Below are positions 1 to 10,759 of a stretch of DNA of 64,000 nucleotides, one piece after another. Below the pieces are notes generated by a model. It was not told the DNA's origin, did not search any database, and saw only the letters and a program-made list of their open reading frames with translations. Position 1 is the stretch's first letter. Each line of letters starts with the position of its first letter. The DNA lies in contig NW_005202428.1 in the NCBI RefSeq assembly GCF_000372725.1, positions 462,679-526,678 of the forward strand, given 5' to 3'. This stretch comes from Emiliania huxleyi CCMP1516. Its lineage: Eukaryota. A program made the translations under genes and the position numbers.

Positions 1-1027
1 TGCTGCTGCTGCTGCCGGCCCGTGGCCTTGAGGACGCAGAGGCGGAGGAGGGCTGCGGCGGCGGCTTTGCGGCGCTTCTGTCGCGGCGCGCCTTCTGCTC
101 CTCGCGCTCGAGCGCCTTTTGCTGCGCCTTGAAAGCCTCGAGGATGTGAGTCACGCTCTGAAACGACGACACGCCTAGCACCATACCTCCACAGTCCCGA
201 ATCCAGCGCGAGGTTCGGTCCGGCGGGTGGTGTGGTAGCAGGAGCACGCCGGGGGCGCAGAGGATCGCCCGCCGGTCGCGCAGCGTCTTCTCGCGCTTCA
301 GGATCGCCGCGGTCGCCGCCCGGTCGGCCTTGATGTACGCCTTGGCCGCCCCCATCATGTTTTTGCTCTTCTTCTTCTTGCCGTCGCCGTCCGGAGCGGC
401 AGCCTCCGCGCCGCCGCCGCCGCCCCCGTCGCCGTCCGCGGCGTCGGCTCCGCCGTCAGCCTCCACGGCGACCTGCGCGTGAGGGCCGGCTAGCAGCGCC
501 GCCAGCGCCGCCTTGCCCGCCGCCTCCTCGCGCTCCTTTTCCGCCGCCGCCTTTGCGACCGCCGCCGCCGCCTCCTCGCGCGCCTGCGCGTCCTCGAGGT
601 CGTCGGGCTCATCGAGCTCCATCGGCGCGGCGGCGCTGGTGGCGCCCTCGTCCGCGGGCACCGGCTCCGCCGTCACGATCGTCGCGCCCGTCATGTCAAT
701 CGCAGGCGACGAGTCGGCGGTGCCGTTCAGGTAGGCGAGGAGCGCCCGCTGGTCAGGGCGCGAGACGGGCATCATCTGGTTGGAGGTGCACTCGCGCAGG
801 TACTCGCCCGGCTTGAGCGACTGCTTCTGCAGCAGGAACCATAGCGCGTCCACCGGGTAGAATGGCTTGCCCTTGGTAGACGCGCGGTACGCGGTCGGCG
901 CAGCGCGCGGGAAGCGGACGCGGCCGAAGACGAGGTAGTCGCCGACGAGCTTGACCGGCTGCTTCGTCATCGTGAAGCGGCGCAGCAGCGTGAGCGGGTC
1001 AGAGAGCGTGTCGGCGATGTCCTGCAT
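1..1027 (-). CDS. CDC73: Paf1 complex subunit Cdc73/parafibromin, 5' part (continues beyond the window start; likely intron near 165-250)
   Basis: Manual minus-strand translation from ATG 1027: MQDIADTLSDPLTLLRRFTMTKQPVKLVGDYLVFGRVRFPRAAPTAYRAS..FYPVDALWFLL..PVSRPDQRALLAYLNG..ILKREKTLRDRRAIL, matching the CDC73 N-terminal domain. Not in the ORF track. Confidence 0.85.
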   Translation of the reverse strand, partial: MQDIADTLSDPLTLLRRFTMTKQPVKLVGDYLVFGRVRFPRAAPTAYRASTKGKPFYPVDALWFLLQKQSLKPGEYLRECTSNQMMPVSRPDQRALLAYLNGTADSSPAIDMTGATIVTAEPVPADEGATSAAAPMELDEPDDLEDAQAREEAAAAVAKAAAEKEREEAAGKAALAALLAGPHAQVAVEADGGADAADGDGGGGGGAEAAAPDGDGKKKKSKNMMGAAKAYIKADRAATAAILKREKTLRDRRAILCAPGVLLLPHHPPDRTSRWIRDCGGMVLGVSSFQSVTHILEAFKAQQKALEREEQKARRDRSAAKPPPQPSSASASSRPRAGSSSS

Positions 1028-3113
1028 TCCTTCTAAATGCGCGTTCGCAACGCGGTTCAACTGTGTGGACGAAGATGTACACGGAGATGGGATGGTGCGA
1101 CGACGCATGCCGGTCTCAGACCTACATTCTATATTCCAGAATGGCATTCTTCGAAATAGAATGGGCGCCGCAGCGGCCCGTAGCGGCGCCCCCTGCGTGC
1201 CCACGGCCACCCCGGGGCCATGGGACATCCCCCCGGCCATCGGGGATGCTTGGTTCATCCATTACCCCATTTCCACGGGCTGTGTTGCGGCGCGCCTCGA
1301 GACGCGCAGCGCAGCGCAGCGCGCAAACCACAAAACAGATCAGAAGACGGCCGTGGCGACACCCGCTCTCTGAGCGACAGCCCCGCAAAGGGCACTCGCT
1401 CGCAGGCAAGGACTACGGGCAGCACAGGCAGCAGCAGAGCTGGCGGTCCGACTCCCCGCCCGCTTAGCAAGTCGGCCCCAGCGTCACGGCCGGGACGGGC
1501 CAGGAGCCGCCCGGCTCGACGAGATCGACGAAGAGGACGAAGACGAGGACGAAGACGAGGAGAGGACTACTCGAACTTGGACGAGGACTCAGGCGAGGCG
1601 CAGGACTCGGAGATCGGGCAGGGAAGCGAGGACCATGACTAGGTGACACGAGGAGTAGATGTAGATGTGACACAGGTAGACCGCATTCGCGCTGTCTGCT
1701 CACTTCTGCCGCCCGACCCTTTCGCCCGCCCACCACTTGCGAGCACAAATCTCACACGTCCACTGCCCTCGCCACAGGCGGCGACGGACGGACATCCAAG
1801 GCTCGAACGGCGGCAGCGGCTCAACGGCCGCCGGCGGCCGTCGTGCGTTTGCTTTCGCCATACGCGGCCCCCGGCGTCTGCTCTGGTTTGCCGGGGCGGG
1901 GGGGAGGACTCTCATTTGCGGACTGTTGGGCTTCTCTGTGTTGAACTGGCGCTTGTCGCGAACCCCACCAGTCTGGCCGAGCGGCACGCTGCCGCTGGGG
2001 GCGTGAGGAGGCCGTGACCGGGAAGGCCGCCAAGTGGGCCAGCACAGGTCGCACATTGCGGCAGCAGTCAGCAGTGCATGTCTGATAGCTAGAGCAGCAG
2101 CGTCAGGGTCGCAGGGTCGGATCGTGTCAAGCCTCTCGCCCGGCCGGCCGCGTGCAGACGTCGGCCTGTCTGCTGTCTGGAGTGATCTGTCGGCGGTCAG
2201 TACGACCGATCAGGTCGGAGTTTTCTGATGGTTGGAGGGTCTACCTGTATGTACTCCTCGAGATCTCTCCAAATCACACACTCCACACACTCCAAATCTG
2301 CCCTCTACTTAACCGTACTTAACCGGGAAGTCGGTGCTAACGGAGACTAACGGAGCTGGAGCCCCGTTTCCGCACTGCTGCGCGGCGCACGGTGCCTCCG
2401 GGGGCCCCCGAGCCCCCCCAGAGCCCCCGAGCCTGAGTGGCCAGTGCCGTCACCACAGTCGCACCCATCGTATCAATGACGCAAACGCGACGCGGCTGCG
2501 GCTTTCGTTCTGGAAGGACGAGAAGATGGTGGCAGTTTGAGGCCACGCAACGGCCGTATGTATGTATGTAGAAAGATGAACGGCCGCTTCATATTCTAAA
2601 GAAATTCTACAACCATGTATGTGTAGGCCAAGGTGCGCCCTTTTTGATTCGATGGAGGTGCTGCCGCGCACTCCCCCACAGATGGGCAGGTAGGTAGAAA
2701 GGTGAAGAACAGCCAGGCTCGGACTGGACACCAACGCGGTATGGGTGGACGCTGGACAGATGATGACGACACGCACGAGCGACACACAGACACAAAAGGC
2801 TCACAAGACACACAGCCAGCTGGCTGCCACACACCCTGAGTTGGCGTACACATAACTCAAGGCCATATCCTCCCTGTCGCCCCCCCCAGCACTCCAAGGT
2901 GCCAAGAGAAACAAACAAGAGCACAACAAACAACAGACGACAGGAAGTGACATGTGAGGCTAGAGCAGCATGCTCCACCGGCGCGACCGAAAAGAAAAAG
3001 AATTTCCGAATCGGATGATCCTGGCGGCTGGTCGATCAGGTTTATCCGAGACACGGCATCTCCCGACCTCAGAAGGCCAACTGGTCCAACCCGTCGGCCT
3101 CTTACACACATCC

Positions 3114-3360
3114 ATGATGAAGATTGCCTCGCTTCTGCTCGTCGCGCTCTCGGCGTCTGCCCTGCCGGTGCGTCGCTCCACCCCGCCACGCATACTCACA
3201 CCGGCAGGCTGAGCCTACACCGCGTGCGCAGGCCAACACCGTCCACGACGTCAAGCCAACCGCTCGCGGCCTCGCGTTTGCGCCCAAGCCCTCTCCCGTG
3301 CCCGACGTGGTCGACGACCCCGCCTACAAGCCAACCGCCGCACCCGCAGCACGGCGGTGA
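3114..3360 (+). CDS. Small secreted Pro/Ala-rich peptide (2 exons) or 5' gene fragment
   Basis: MMKIASLLLVALSASALP signal-like exon, GT-AG intron (~3168-3207), then AEPTPRAQANTVHDVKP...AARR*. Confidence 0.4.
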
Positions 3361-3410
3361 GGTGAGCCTCGCAAATGTCGCCGAGGGGGCAAAGCTGGCT
3401 CTCGCCGGGC

Positions 3411-3709
3411 ATGCCTCAGCGGCCGCGGGCGAGCGGGGCGTGTGTGCGCCACGCGCCGCCGCTCTGGCCGGATCACACGAGCCCCCCTCCCGCGGATCGT
3501 CGCAGGAGAGCGGGTCGGCGCGAAGATGCTCGGTGAAGATGCTCGGTCTGTCCTCGCCAAAAGTTTGTCTGACTCGACGTCCGGCCCCGGGCGTCGGGCC
3601 GTGGCGGCGACAGCAGGCGTGCTCCAGCGCCGCCTCGTGCGCGCGCACGCGCAGCGGCGGCGCCTCCGCACCACCCGAGCCGCCGCCCGGCCGAGCGAGG
3701 AGCAGAGAG
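3411..3709 (+). repeat. ~300 bp dispersed repeat, copy 1, ending in a GA-rich tail
   Basis: Near-identical reverse-complement copy at 22844-23133. Confidence 0.9.
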
Positions 3710-3759
3710 AGAAAGAAGAAAGAAATACGACATACACACAAAAAAGAAAGAAAGAACCC

Positions 3760-3827
3760 CGCTCACCTGCTGTTACACGTGTCACGTCCGTTCGCTCACC
3801 TGCTGTTACACGTGTCACGTCCGTTCG
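3760..3827. repeat. 34 bp tandem duplication upstream of the ankyrin gene
   Basis: CGCTCACCTGCTGTTACACGTGTCACGTCCGTT occurs twice in tandem. Confidence 0.9.
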
Positions 3828-3862
3828 CGGCGCCACTCGCTGAGGCTAACCCGGTCCCGCTC

Positions 3863-6210
3863 ATGCGCGAGCTCTTCCTACTCGCCGCTATGTGTGTCTG
3901 CGCTTATGCGGAATGCGGGCGGCGCGTGCTCGAGAGCGCTCATGGCGTGTGCTCCAGCATGAGCAATGGCGGGAAGGAGGAGGAGCAGGAATCCGCCCCC
4001 CTGCAGCTGATGCGCGTCACCGTGCCTCCGAACGTGCACGCGGGGGAGCAGATGGTGGTGATGACGCCGACGGGGCAGCAGTACATGGTTGTGATCCCGC
4101 AGGGCGCCGGCCCCAACTCGCAGTTCCAGATCGCAGTGCCACGACCGCCAACACCGGAGGAGGTAGTTCCGAAAGGTGACGAGCTGGAGGCGTGGCTCAG
4201 CAGCGGCGGGCGGGTCGACGCGACGGTTTTGCACGATGGAGTGGACGGCAGCACACTGCGGATGCACGCCGCCGCCAATAACTATCGGGTGGTTGAACTC
4301 CTGCTTCGGCACGGTGCTGAGACAAACGCGCAGAGTATCGACGGCTTCACCGCGCTGATGATCGCCGCCGGCCTAGGCCACGAGCGGGTGGTCGAGTTGC
4401 TGCTGCGCCACGGTGCGGAGGTCAACATGCAGATTTACAACAGCTTAACAAACAGCGACACTGCGCTGATGAACGGCGCCTACGGTGGTCACGAGCGGGT
4501 GGTCGATTTGCTGTTGCGACACGGCGCGGAGGTCAATTTGCAGGCTGTCGACGGCCGAACCGCGGTGGAGTACGCCTCCTCTAACGGGCATGAGAAGGTG
4601 GTCGAGTTGCTGATTCGCCACGGCGCTGAGGTCAACCTGCAGAGCAGCAGCGGCGTCACCGCGCTGATGCGCGCCGCCAGCAATGGCCACGAGCGGGTGG
4701 TCGAGCTGCTGTTGCGGCACGGCGCTGATGTCAACAAGCAGAACAGCGAAGGCGACACCGCGCTGATGGGCGCCGCCAGCAATGGCCGCGAGCGGGTGGT
4801 CGACCTGCTGCTGCAGCACGGCGCGGATATCAACGTGCAGGAGAGCAACGGCGGCACCGCGCTGATGTTCGCCGTCAGCAATGGCCACGAGCGGGTGGTC
4901 GAGTTGCTGCTGCGGGCGGGTGCAAGTGCAAAGGCGCGCAGTCTGGCTGGCGAGACAGCGCTGCAAATGGCCATGAGGGAAGGCCATGCCGGGTGCATCA
5001 GGCTCCTCATCGAGGAACAAGGCAAGCAAGGCACAGCACCCGCTTCTTCCCGGCAGCGTGGGGTCGATGTGGCCGAGCAGGGGGCAACACGGAGGGGCGA
5101 CAAGCTCGCTTTGGCGTTTGGGGGTACGGCGATCTTTGTGTTGATCCTGCCCGCCGTCCGCACTTACTTGCGGCGAAGTGGCCGAGGCCCCAGAAGGCGG
5201 CTAAGGCGGCCTAGGTGGCGACGGTGGACCGTGCGGGAGCATGCCACATCCCTGCTGACTTCCGGCAAGCGGTTGCTCTTGCTAGTGCCGACAGATGAAG
5301 AGTGGCCGGTGACATTGAAGGTGGCGACGGCAGTGGTGCTGGCGTGGAGTGCGGCAGTGGCACTGGGGGTGGGTTGCCTTGACTGGCGCTTGCGGTGGAT
5401 GGCGGGCTGCTTCGCAGTGTGGACCATCCGAGAGATTGCGCACCTCAACCCCTTTATGCGTTTGGAGCAGCTGCTCGTGGATATTGCTGGACTCAGGCAC
5501 GATCGGCGTTCGCCACGGTTAGCAGAGGGCGCAGCTGTCTCGGCGGTAGAGGAAGCGGCAGGCGGGCAGTGTGCGGCAGGCGCGAGCGAGAAGGTCAGCG
5601 CTGTCGCCGCGGAGAGCACCAGACATGGCGACAGCCTGCTGCTCGACGACCTGTCTACTTGGGCTCCCGCGGCGACCGACCGGCACTGCGTGCAGCGGCC
5701 CGCGTCTCACGTCCATGACGCTGGCGGGCCGAGGCAGGCGGGCGTGCCCTCAACCACCGCCCAGCGAATGTCACGACCCGAACCAGTCTCGTCGGCGGCT
5801 GCCCCCGTCGTTGCTCCCGGACCCACCACGGCAGAGGCCGCGGAGCTCGAGGTCCTCCCCGACCTGCTGTGTCCCATCACCGGCGAGGCCATCCCGGTCA
5901 CCGAGGGCCAGCCAGCGGCGAGTCACAGTTCCACGCGTGAGTAGGCGAGCTCATGGAGGACCCTGTAATCAACGCCGCGGGGCAGACGTACGGTGTGCCA
6001 CAGACGCCTTGCACTGCGTGCCCTCCACTGCCCGGGGTATGCCTCTCACCTACCCAGCTCCCTGCAGAGCGTGCTGCGATCGAGAAGTGGATTGCAAGGG
6101 GCAAGCGCACCGACCCGAAGAGCGGCGTGATGCTCGAGCACACGCACCTCCTTCCGAACGTGGCGCTGCGTAGCATGTGTCGCGACGCCAGCCGACGTAT
6201 GCATAGGTAG
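3863..6210 (+). CDS. Ankyrin-repeat, transmembrane, C-terminal U-box protein (putative E3 ligase)
   Basis: Hydrophobic N-terminus MRELFLLAAMCVCAYA; about 7 ankyrin repeats (TALMxAAxNGHERVVELLLRHGA); hydrophobic segments; spliced U-box PDLLCPITGE|LMEDPVINAAGQTY|ERAAIEKWI..TDPKSG..LLPNVALRSM with short introns ~5883-5944 and ~5993-6067. Confidence 0.8.
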
Positions 6211-6487
6211 GTAGACGTCTGCGAGATGCTTCACTGTCTAAATAAATAAATAAATAAACGGACACCTCTCAAGGTCTACTGTGAGATGGGTAAAAAGGGA
6301 CAGGTCCCCGCACTGTCTGTCTCGTGTATGTAGTCTGTCGTCGGATCGCGGCTTCATTTCGATCGATGCCAGTCCCGTGCCCAGTGAGCAGTGTCGCGAG
6401 AGAGAGAGCTTTGTTGTAAAATCTCGTTTATCCTGTCTCCCTGTCTGTGTGTATGTATAGAGGAAGGTGAAGAACACTATGCAGGTC

Positions 6488-6565
6488 CTTGGAGCACTTG
6501 GAGTGCAGTCATTAACCGCACATCCAGGGCCGGGGAGCTCAGAAGCGCACCCAGCGGGCCGGATG
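6488..6565 (+). repeat. 78 bp dispersed repeat, copy 1, upstream of a gene start
   Basis: CTTGGAGCACTTGGAGTGCAGT..GGCCGGGGAGCT.AGAAGCGCACCCAGCG.GCCGGATG also at 55839-55916. Confidence 0.85.
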
Positions 6566-6670
6566 ATTGGCATCGGGTTACGGGCTAGAGGGGTGCGCGT
6601 TCCGTGCTCCATTTTCTTTATTTGGAGGGAAAACACGGCGCTTCAACACGCCGCGCAAGAGCGACCGCCC

Positions 6671-9600
6671 ATGGGTAACAAAGTCAGCTCGCCGGGCAAA
6701 CGGGTCTCAAAGGCGGCCGTCAAGGCCGACCCGCCCGGCCCAGAGGCTCAGCTCGATCCGTCCGAACCGCGCAGCGACGACGAAGAATCGCTTGACGGCA
6801 TGACCACGCCGCACATGCCGCCCGATCGGTGCGTCAAGGTGCCAAACCGCAGCATGCGGCGGTGGTCCAAGCAGGGCGGCACCGAGTACGAAAGCTGCAT
6901 CGAGTCCGGCGCCATCGCCCTGGTCGACGCGCAGTGGCTGATCGACCTCGCCGAGGCGGGCGGCGTGCTGGCGCCGCGGCAGTACCTGCCCGCCGACGCG
7001 TTCCTCTCGCTGAGCGAGGTGCAGGCGGTCGGCCCGCGCAACACGGTGTGCGTGTCGCACTGCTGGCTCCAGGCGGACCACCCCGACCCTCGCGGCTTCA
7101 ACCTCGGCCTCGTCGCGAGCGCGCTCAAGCTGCTGGTCAAGGCGCACGGCGTGCACGCCGTCTTTTGGGACTTTCTCTCGCTGCACCAGGAGAGAGTGCT
7201 GTCCGGCCCTCGCCCCACGCCACACCACCTCCGCCTCACCTCACCCCTCACCTCNNNNNNNNNNNNNNNNNNNNNNNNNNNNNNNNNNNNNNNNNNNNNN
7301 NNNNNNNNNNNNNNNNNNNNNNNNNNNNNNNNNNNNNNNNNNNNNNNNNNNNNNNNNNNNNNNNNNNNNNNNNNNNNNNNNNNNNNNNNNNNNNNNNNNN
7401 NNNNNNNNNNNNNNNNNNNNNNNNNNNNNNNNNNNNNNNNNNNNNNNNNNNNNNNNNNNNNNNNNNNNNNNNNNNNNNNNNNNNNNNNNNNNNNNNNNNN
7501 NNNNNNNNNNNNNNNNNNNNNNNNNNNNNNNNNNNNNNNNNNNNNNNNNNNNNNNNNNNNNNNNNNNNNNNNNNNNNNNNNNNNNNNNNNNNNNNNNNNN
7601 NNNNNNNNNNNNNNNNNNNNNNNNNNNNNNNNNNNNNNNNNNNNNNNNNNNNNNNNNNNNNNNNNNNNNNNNNNNNNNNNNNNNNNNNNNNNNNNNNNNN
7701 NNNNNNNNNNNNNNNNNNNNNNNNNNNNNNNNNNNNNNNNNNNNNNNNNNNNNNNNNNNNNNNNNNNNNNNNNNNNNNNNNNNNNNNNNNNNNNNNNNNN
7801 NNNNNNNNNNNNNNNNNNNNNNNNNNNNNNNNNNNNNNNNNNNNNNNNNNNNNNNNNNNNNNNNNNNNNNNNNNNNNNNNNNNNNNNNNNNNNNNNNNNN
7901 NNNNNNNNNNNNNNATTCCGAGATTGCCCCCGAGATTGCCCGAGGTGCTTGCACAGCCGCGAGCCAGACGACGAGACCTTTCCTAGAGGACCTTTCCTAG
8001 ACCTTTCCTAGACCTTTCCTCCACCTTTCCTCCACCTTTCCTAGACCTTGTTCCTAGACCTTTCCTCCGCCTTTCCTAGACCTTGTTCCTATAGACCTTT
8101 CCTCCGCCTTTCCTAGACCTTTCCTCCGCCTTTCCTAGACCTTTCCTAGACCTTTCCTAGACCTTTCCTCCGCCTTTCCTAGACCTTTCCTAGACCTTTC
8201 CTAGACCTTTCCTAGACCTTTCCTAGACCTTTCCTAGGCGCGAGCCAGACGATGAGGGCTCCGACAGGCTCGAGTCCCTCGGCCTCTACCCGGCCGAGGA
8301 CGTCCTCTTCCGGCAGGAGCGAGATGCGAGATGCGGCCGAGATATGGCGAGATGCAGCCGAGAGATGCAGCCCCACACTCTTCGGGGCCCCGATGCCTCG
8401 CCACACCTCTCGGCCACACCTCGGCCACACCTCGACCACCTCTCGCCTCGGCCACCCCTCGGCCACACCTCGGCCACACCTCGGCCACACCTCGGCCACA
8501 CCTCGGCCACACCTCGCCCACACCTCGGCCACCCCTCGGCCACCTTGTTTGCCACGCCTGGTGCCAGGCCCTCGAGAAGCTCGGCCGCCTCTTCTCGCAC
8601 CCGCTCACCCGCGTGCTCCTCCTCTCCTCCCTCCCGCCAAACTACGGCGCGACGCGGCCTCGCGGCCCCAGAGCCCTCCGCCTCCCCCCCCCCCCCCCCT
8701 CCAAGAAGTTTTCTTGACCTCCCCCCTCTCTCTAAACCTTCCCTTGACCTCCCCCCCAGGGGAGAAGGCCTCCTCACGGGGGAGGGCCCCCCNNNNNNNN
8801 NNNNNNNNNNNNNNNNNNNNNNNNNNNNNNNNNNNNNNNNNNNNNNNNNNNNNNNNNNNNNNNNNNNNNNNNNNNNNNNNNNNNNNNNNNNNCTTTGCTT
8901 GAGAAAAGTCCCCTGGAGTCTAATTATGAGGGGGGACCCTTTTTTTTCCTACCTTAGAGGGGGGGCCCTCGCCTTGACAAATTTTCCGGGCTCCCCGTCC
9001 CAGGGCCCCCCCCCCATTTTAAGGTGCCTTCCGCCCCCCTCCCCCTCACCAGGTGCTACTGCGAGGCGCTCGCTCTCGCCATGCTCGCCAAGCGGCGGGG
9101 AAAGCAGAACCACAACCCGGAGTCACAATGATAGGTCTCGCTCGCCATGCTCGCCAAGCGGCGGGGCTAGCAGAACCACAACCCGGAGTCACAATGATAG
9201 GTCTCGCTCGCCATGCTCGCCAAGCGGCGGGGAAAGCAGAACACAACCAGGAGTCACAGTGATAGGTCTCGCTCGCCATGCTCGCCAAGCGGCGGGGGGA
9301 GCGAGTCCTCGCCCTCACGGTGCACGGAGAGAGAGCCGAGACAGAGCTGCGAGTCAGCCGAGATCGGGCCGAGATCGCTAGCCGAGATCGGGCCGAGATC
9401 GGGCCTGAGATCGAGCCGAGATCGGGCTGAGCTCTCTAGCCGAGATCTAGGGCGCCACAGCCGGGCAGCCCTCGCGGACCTCACACACGGCCGCACGCGC
9501 CCCGAGCGAGGGAGAGGGCGGCGCGTCGTGTCCGGGACATGTCCAGGACATGTCCAGGACATGTCCGAGACGCGTATATCTCCCGCAGGCGGCGGCGGCG

Positions 9601-10759
9601 AGCGAGGCGGAGAGCGCGTCGGTGCTGGTGCAGCGCTGCGTCGCGACACGCGCGGCCGCGCGTCACGCCGCCCTCCTTGAACGCGCCGACGGCGCGTGTC
9701 ACTCTTTCGCCGCCGGGCTGAGCACTCTAGGCGCACGCCGCCTGGGCCGAGAGGAGGTGGGAGATCTGGGGAGGCAGGCGCGGGGGGTGATGGGGAGGTT
9801 CGAGGAGAGAATAGGCACGCCGCCCGTCACGCCGGCCTCCTTCGCCGCCAAGATCAGCGGCATGTCTTTCTCGCACCCCAGGGATGACATGCCGCTCGTG
9901 GAGGCGCTCTACGCGGCGGGCTTCAGCGAGCGGCTGGCCCAGGTGGGACCATGCTCTCGACTACACACCATCCCTCTCCCCATATGCATATCCCCACGTC
10001 TCCCCCCGCCCCCCCGCCCCCCGCCCCCCCCCGCCTCTCTCCCCGCCCCCTCTCCCCGCCCCCTCTCCCCGCCCCCTCTCCCCGCCCCCTCTCCCTGCCG
10101 ACACATGCACATGCACATGCACATGCTCATGCACATGCACATGCTACATGTCCCTAGCTCCCATCTCGTCTCTCAGAGCCTGGCCGTCTCACTTTCTTCT
10201 GTTCCTCTCCCAGGTGACCAAGCTCGACTACACCAACCTGCGCTGGGGCGACGCCGAGGCGGAGGCCGTGGCGGCCGTCCTCTCTTCCGGCGCCGCGACC
10301 AGCCTAAAGTCGCTCGACCTCGGCGCAAACGCTATCTCCGACAAGGGCGCCGCGGCCACTCTCTCGCCTAGCTAGCCCCTAGCCCTAGCCCTAGCCGCCC
10401 TAGCCCTAACCGCCCCCTGGCCCTAACCGCCCTGGCCCTATAACCGCCCCAAGGCACCGGAGCGCCCAGCGCCCAGCGCCGTGACGGCGGACCTACACCT
10501 CCTTGTGGCCGAGACAGTGTGTGTGTGGCCCCGCCCTCTCCGCCAGGCGCCAACGCACTCACCGCCTCCCTCGAGGGCGCGCCGGCGCTGAGCTTCCTCA
10601 ACCTGCTCGGTCCAACCGCGCCATGAGCGAGAGGCGCCTTTCCAAGACCTCTCCTCGACCTTTCTTGGACCTTTCCTAGGCAACCGCGCCATCGGCGAGG
10701 CGGCCGCGGCGAAGCTGCGCGAGGCGTGCAATGAGCGCGGGATCAAGGTGTACGTCTGA
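6671..10759 (+). CDS. Multi-exon HET-like domain protein with C-terminal RI-like leucine-rich repeats; two assembly gaps inside
   Basis: MGNKVSS start; VSHCWLQADHPDPRG, VFWDFLSLHQ, LFRQALEKLGRLFSHP, CYCEVSLAMLAK, PPVTPASF..SFSHPRDD motifs; LRRs LDYTNLRWGDAEAEAVA, LKSLDLGANAISDKGA, LSFLNLLGNRAIGE; stop at 10757-10759. Confidence 0.7.
7255..7914. other. Assembly gap (N run); further gaps at 8793-8892, 10950-11049, 19035-19134, 21377-21476 and 63266-63611
   Basis: Runs of N; the flanking sequence is homopolymer-rich and looks low quality. Confidence 1.
7976..8237 (+). repeat. Intronic 11 bp minisatellite (ACCTTTCCTAG)n
   Basis: Direct tandem array ending at an AG acceptor; the same motif family occurs at ~10650-10679 and in minus-strand GH125 introns (18211-18259, 18656-18830, 19310-19347, 19511-19576). 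Confidence 0.9.
8395..8545 (+). repeat. Intronic 11 bp minisatellite (CCACACCTCGG)n
   Basis: Tandem array within the intron at 8317-8567. Confidence 0.9.

Noticed and set aside
2954..5944. 996 aa ORF as a single protein
   Set aside because: The first ~300 codons read through a small gene in another frame and a dispersed repeat; the credible start is 3863, and the true end is spliced into a U-box.
9070..9300. CRISPR-like regularly spaced repeats (also 57310-57485, 62248-62425, 17717-17833)
   Set aside because: The intervening sequences are identical rather than unique spacers, there are no cas genes, and the context is eukaryotic introns.
10368..10450. Telomere-like CCCTAG/CCCTAA repeats
   Set aside because: Short, degenerate and inside an intron of the LRR gene; not a chromosome end.
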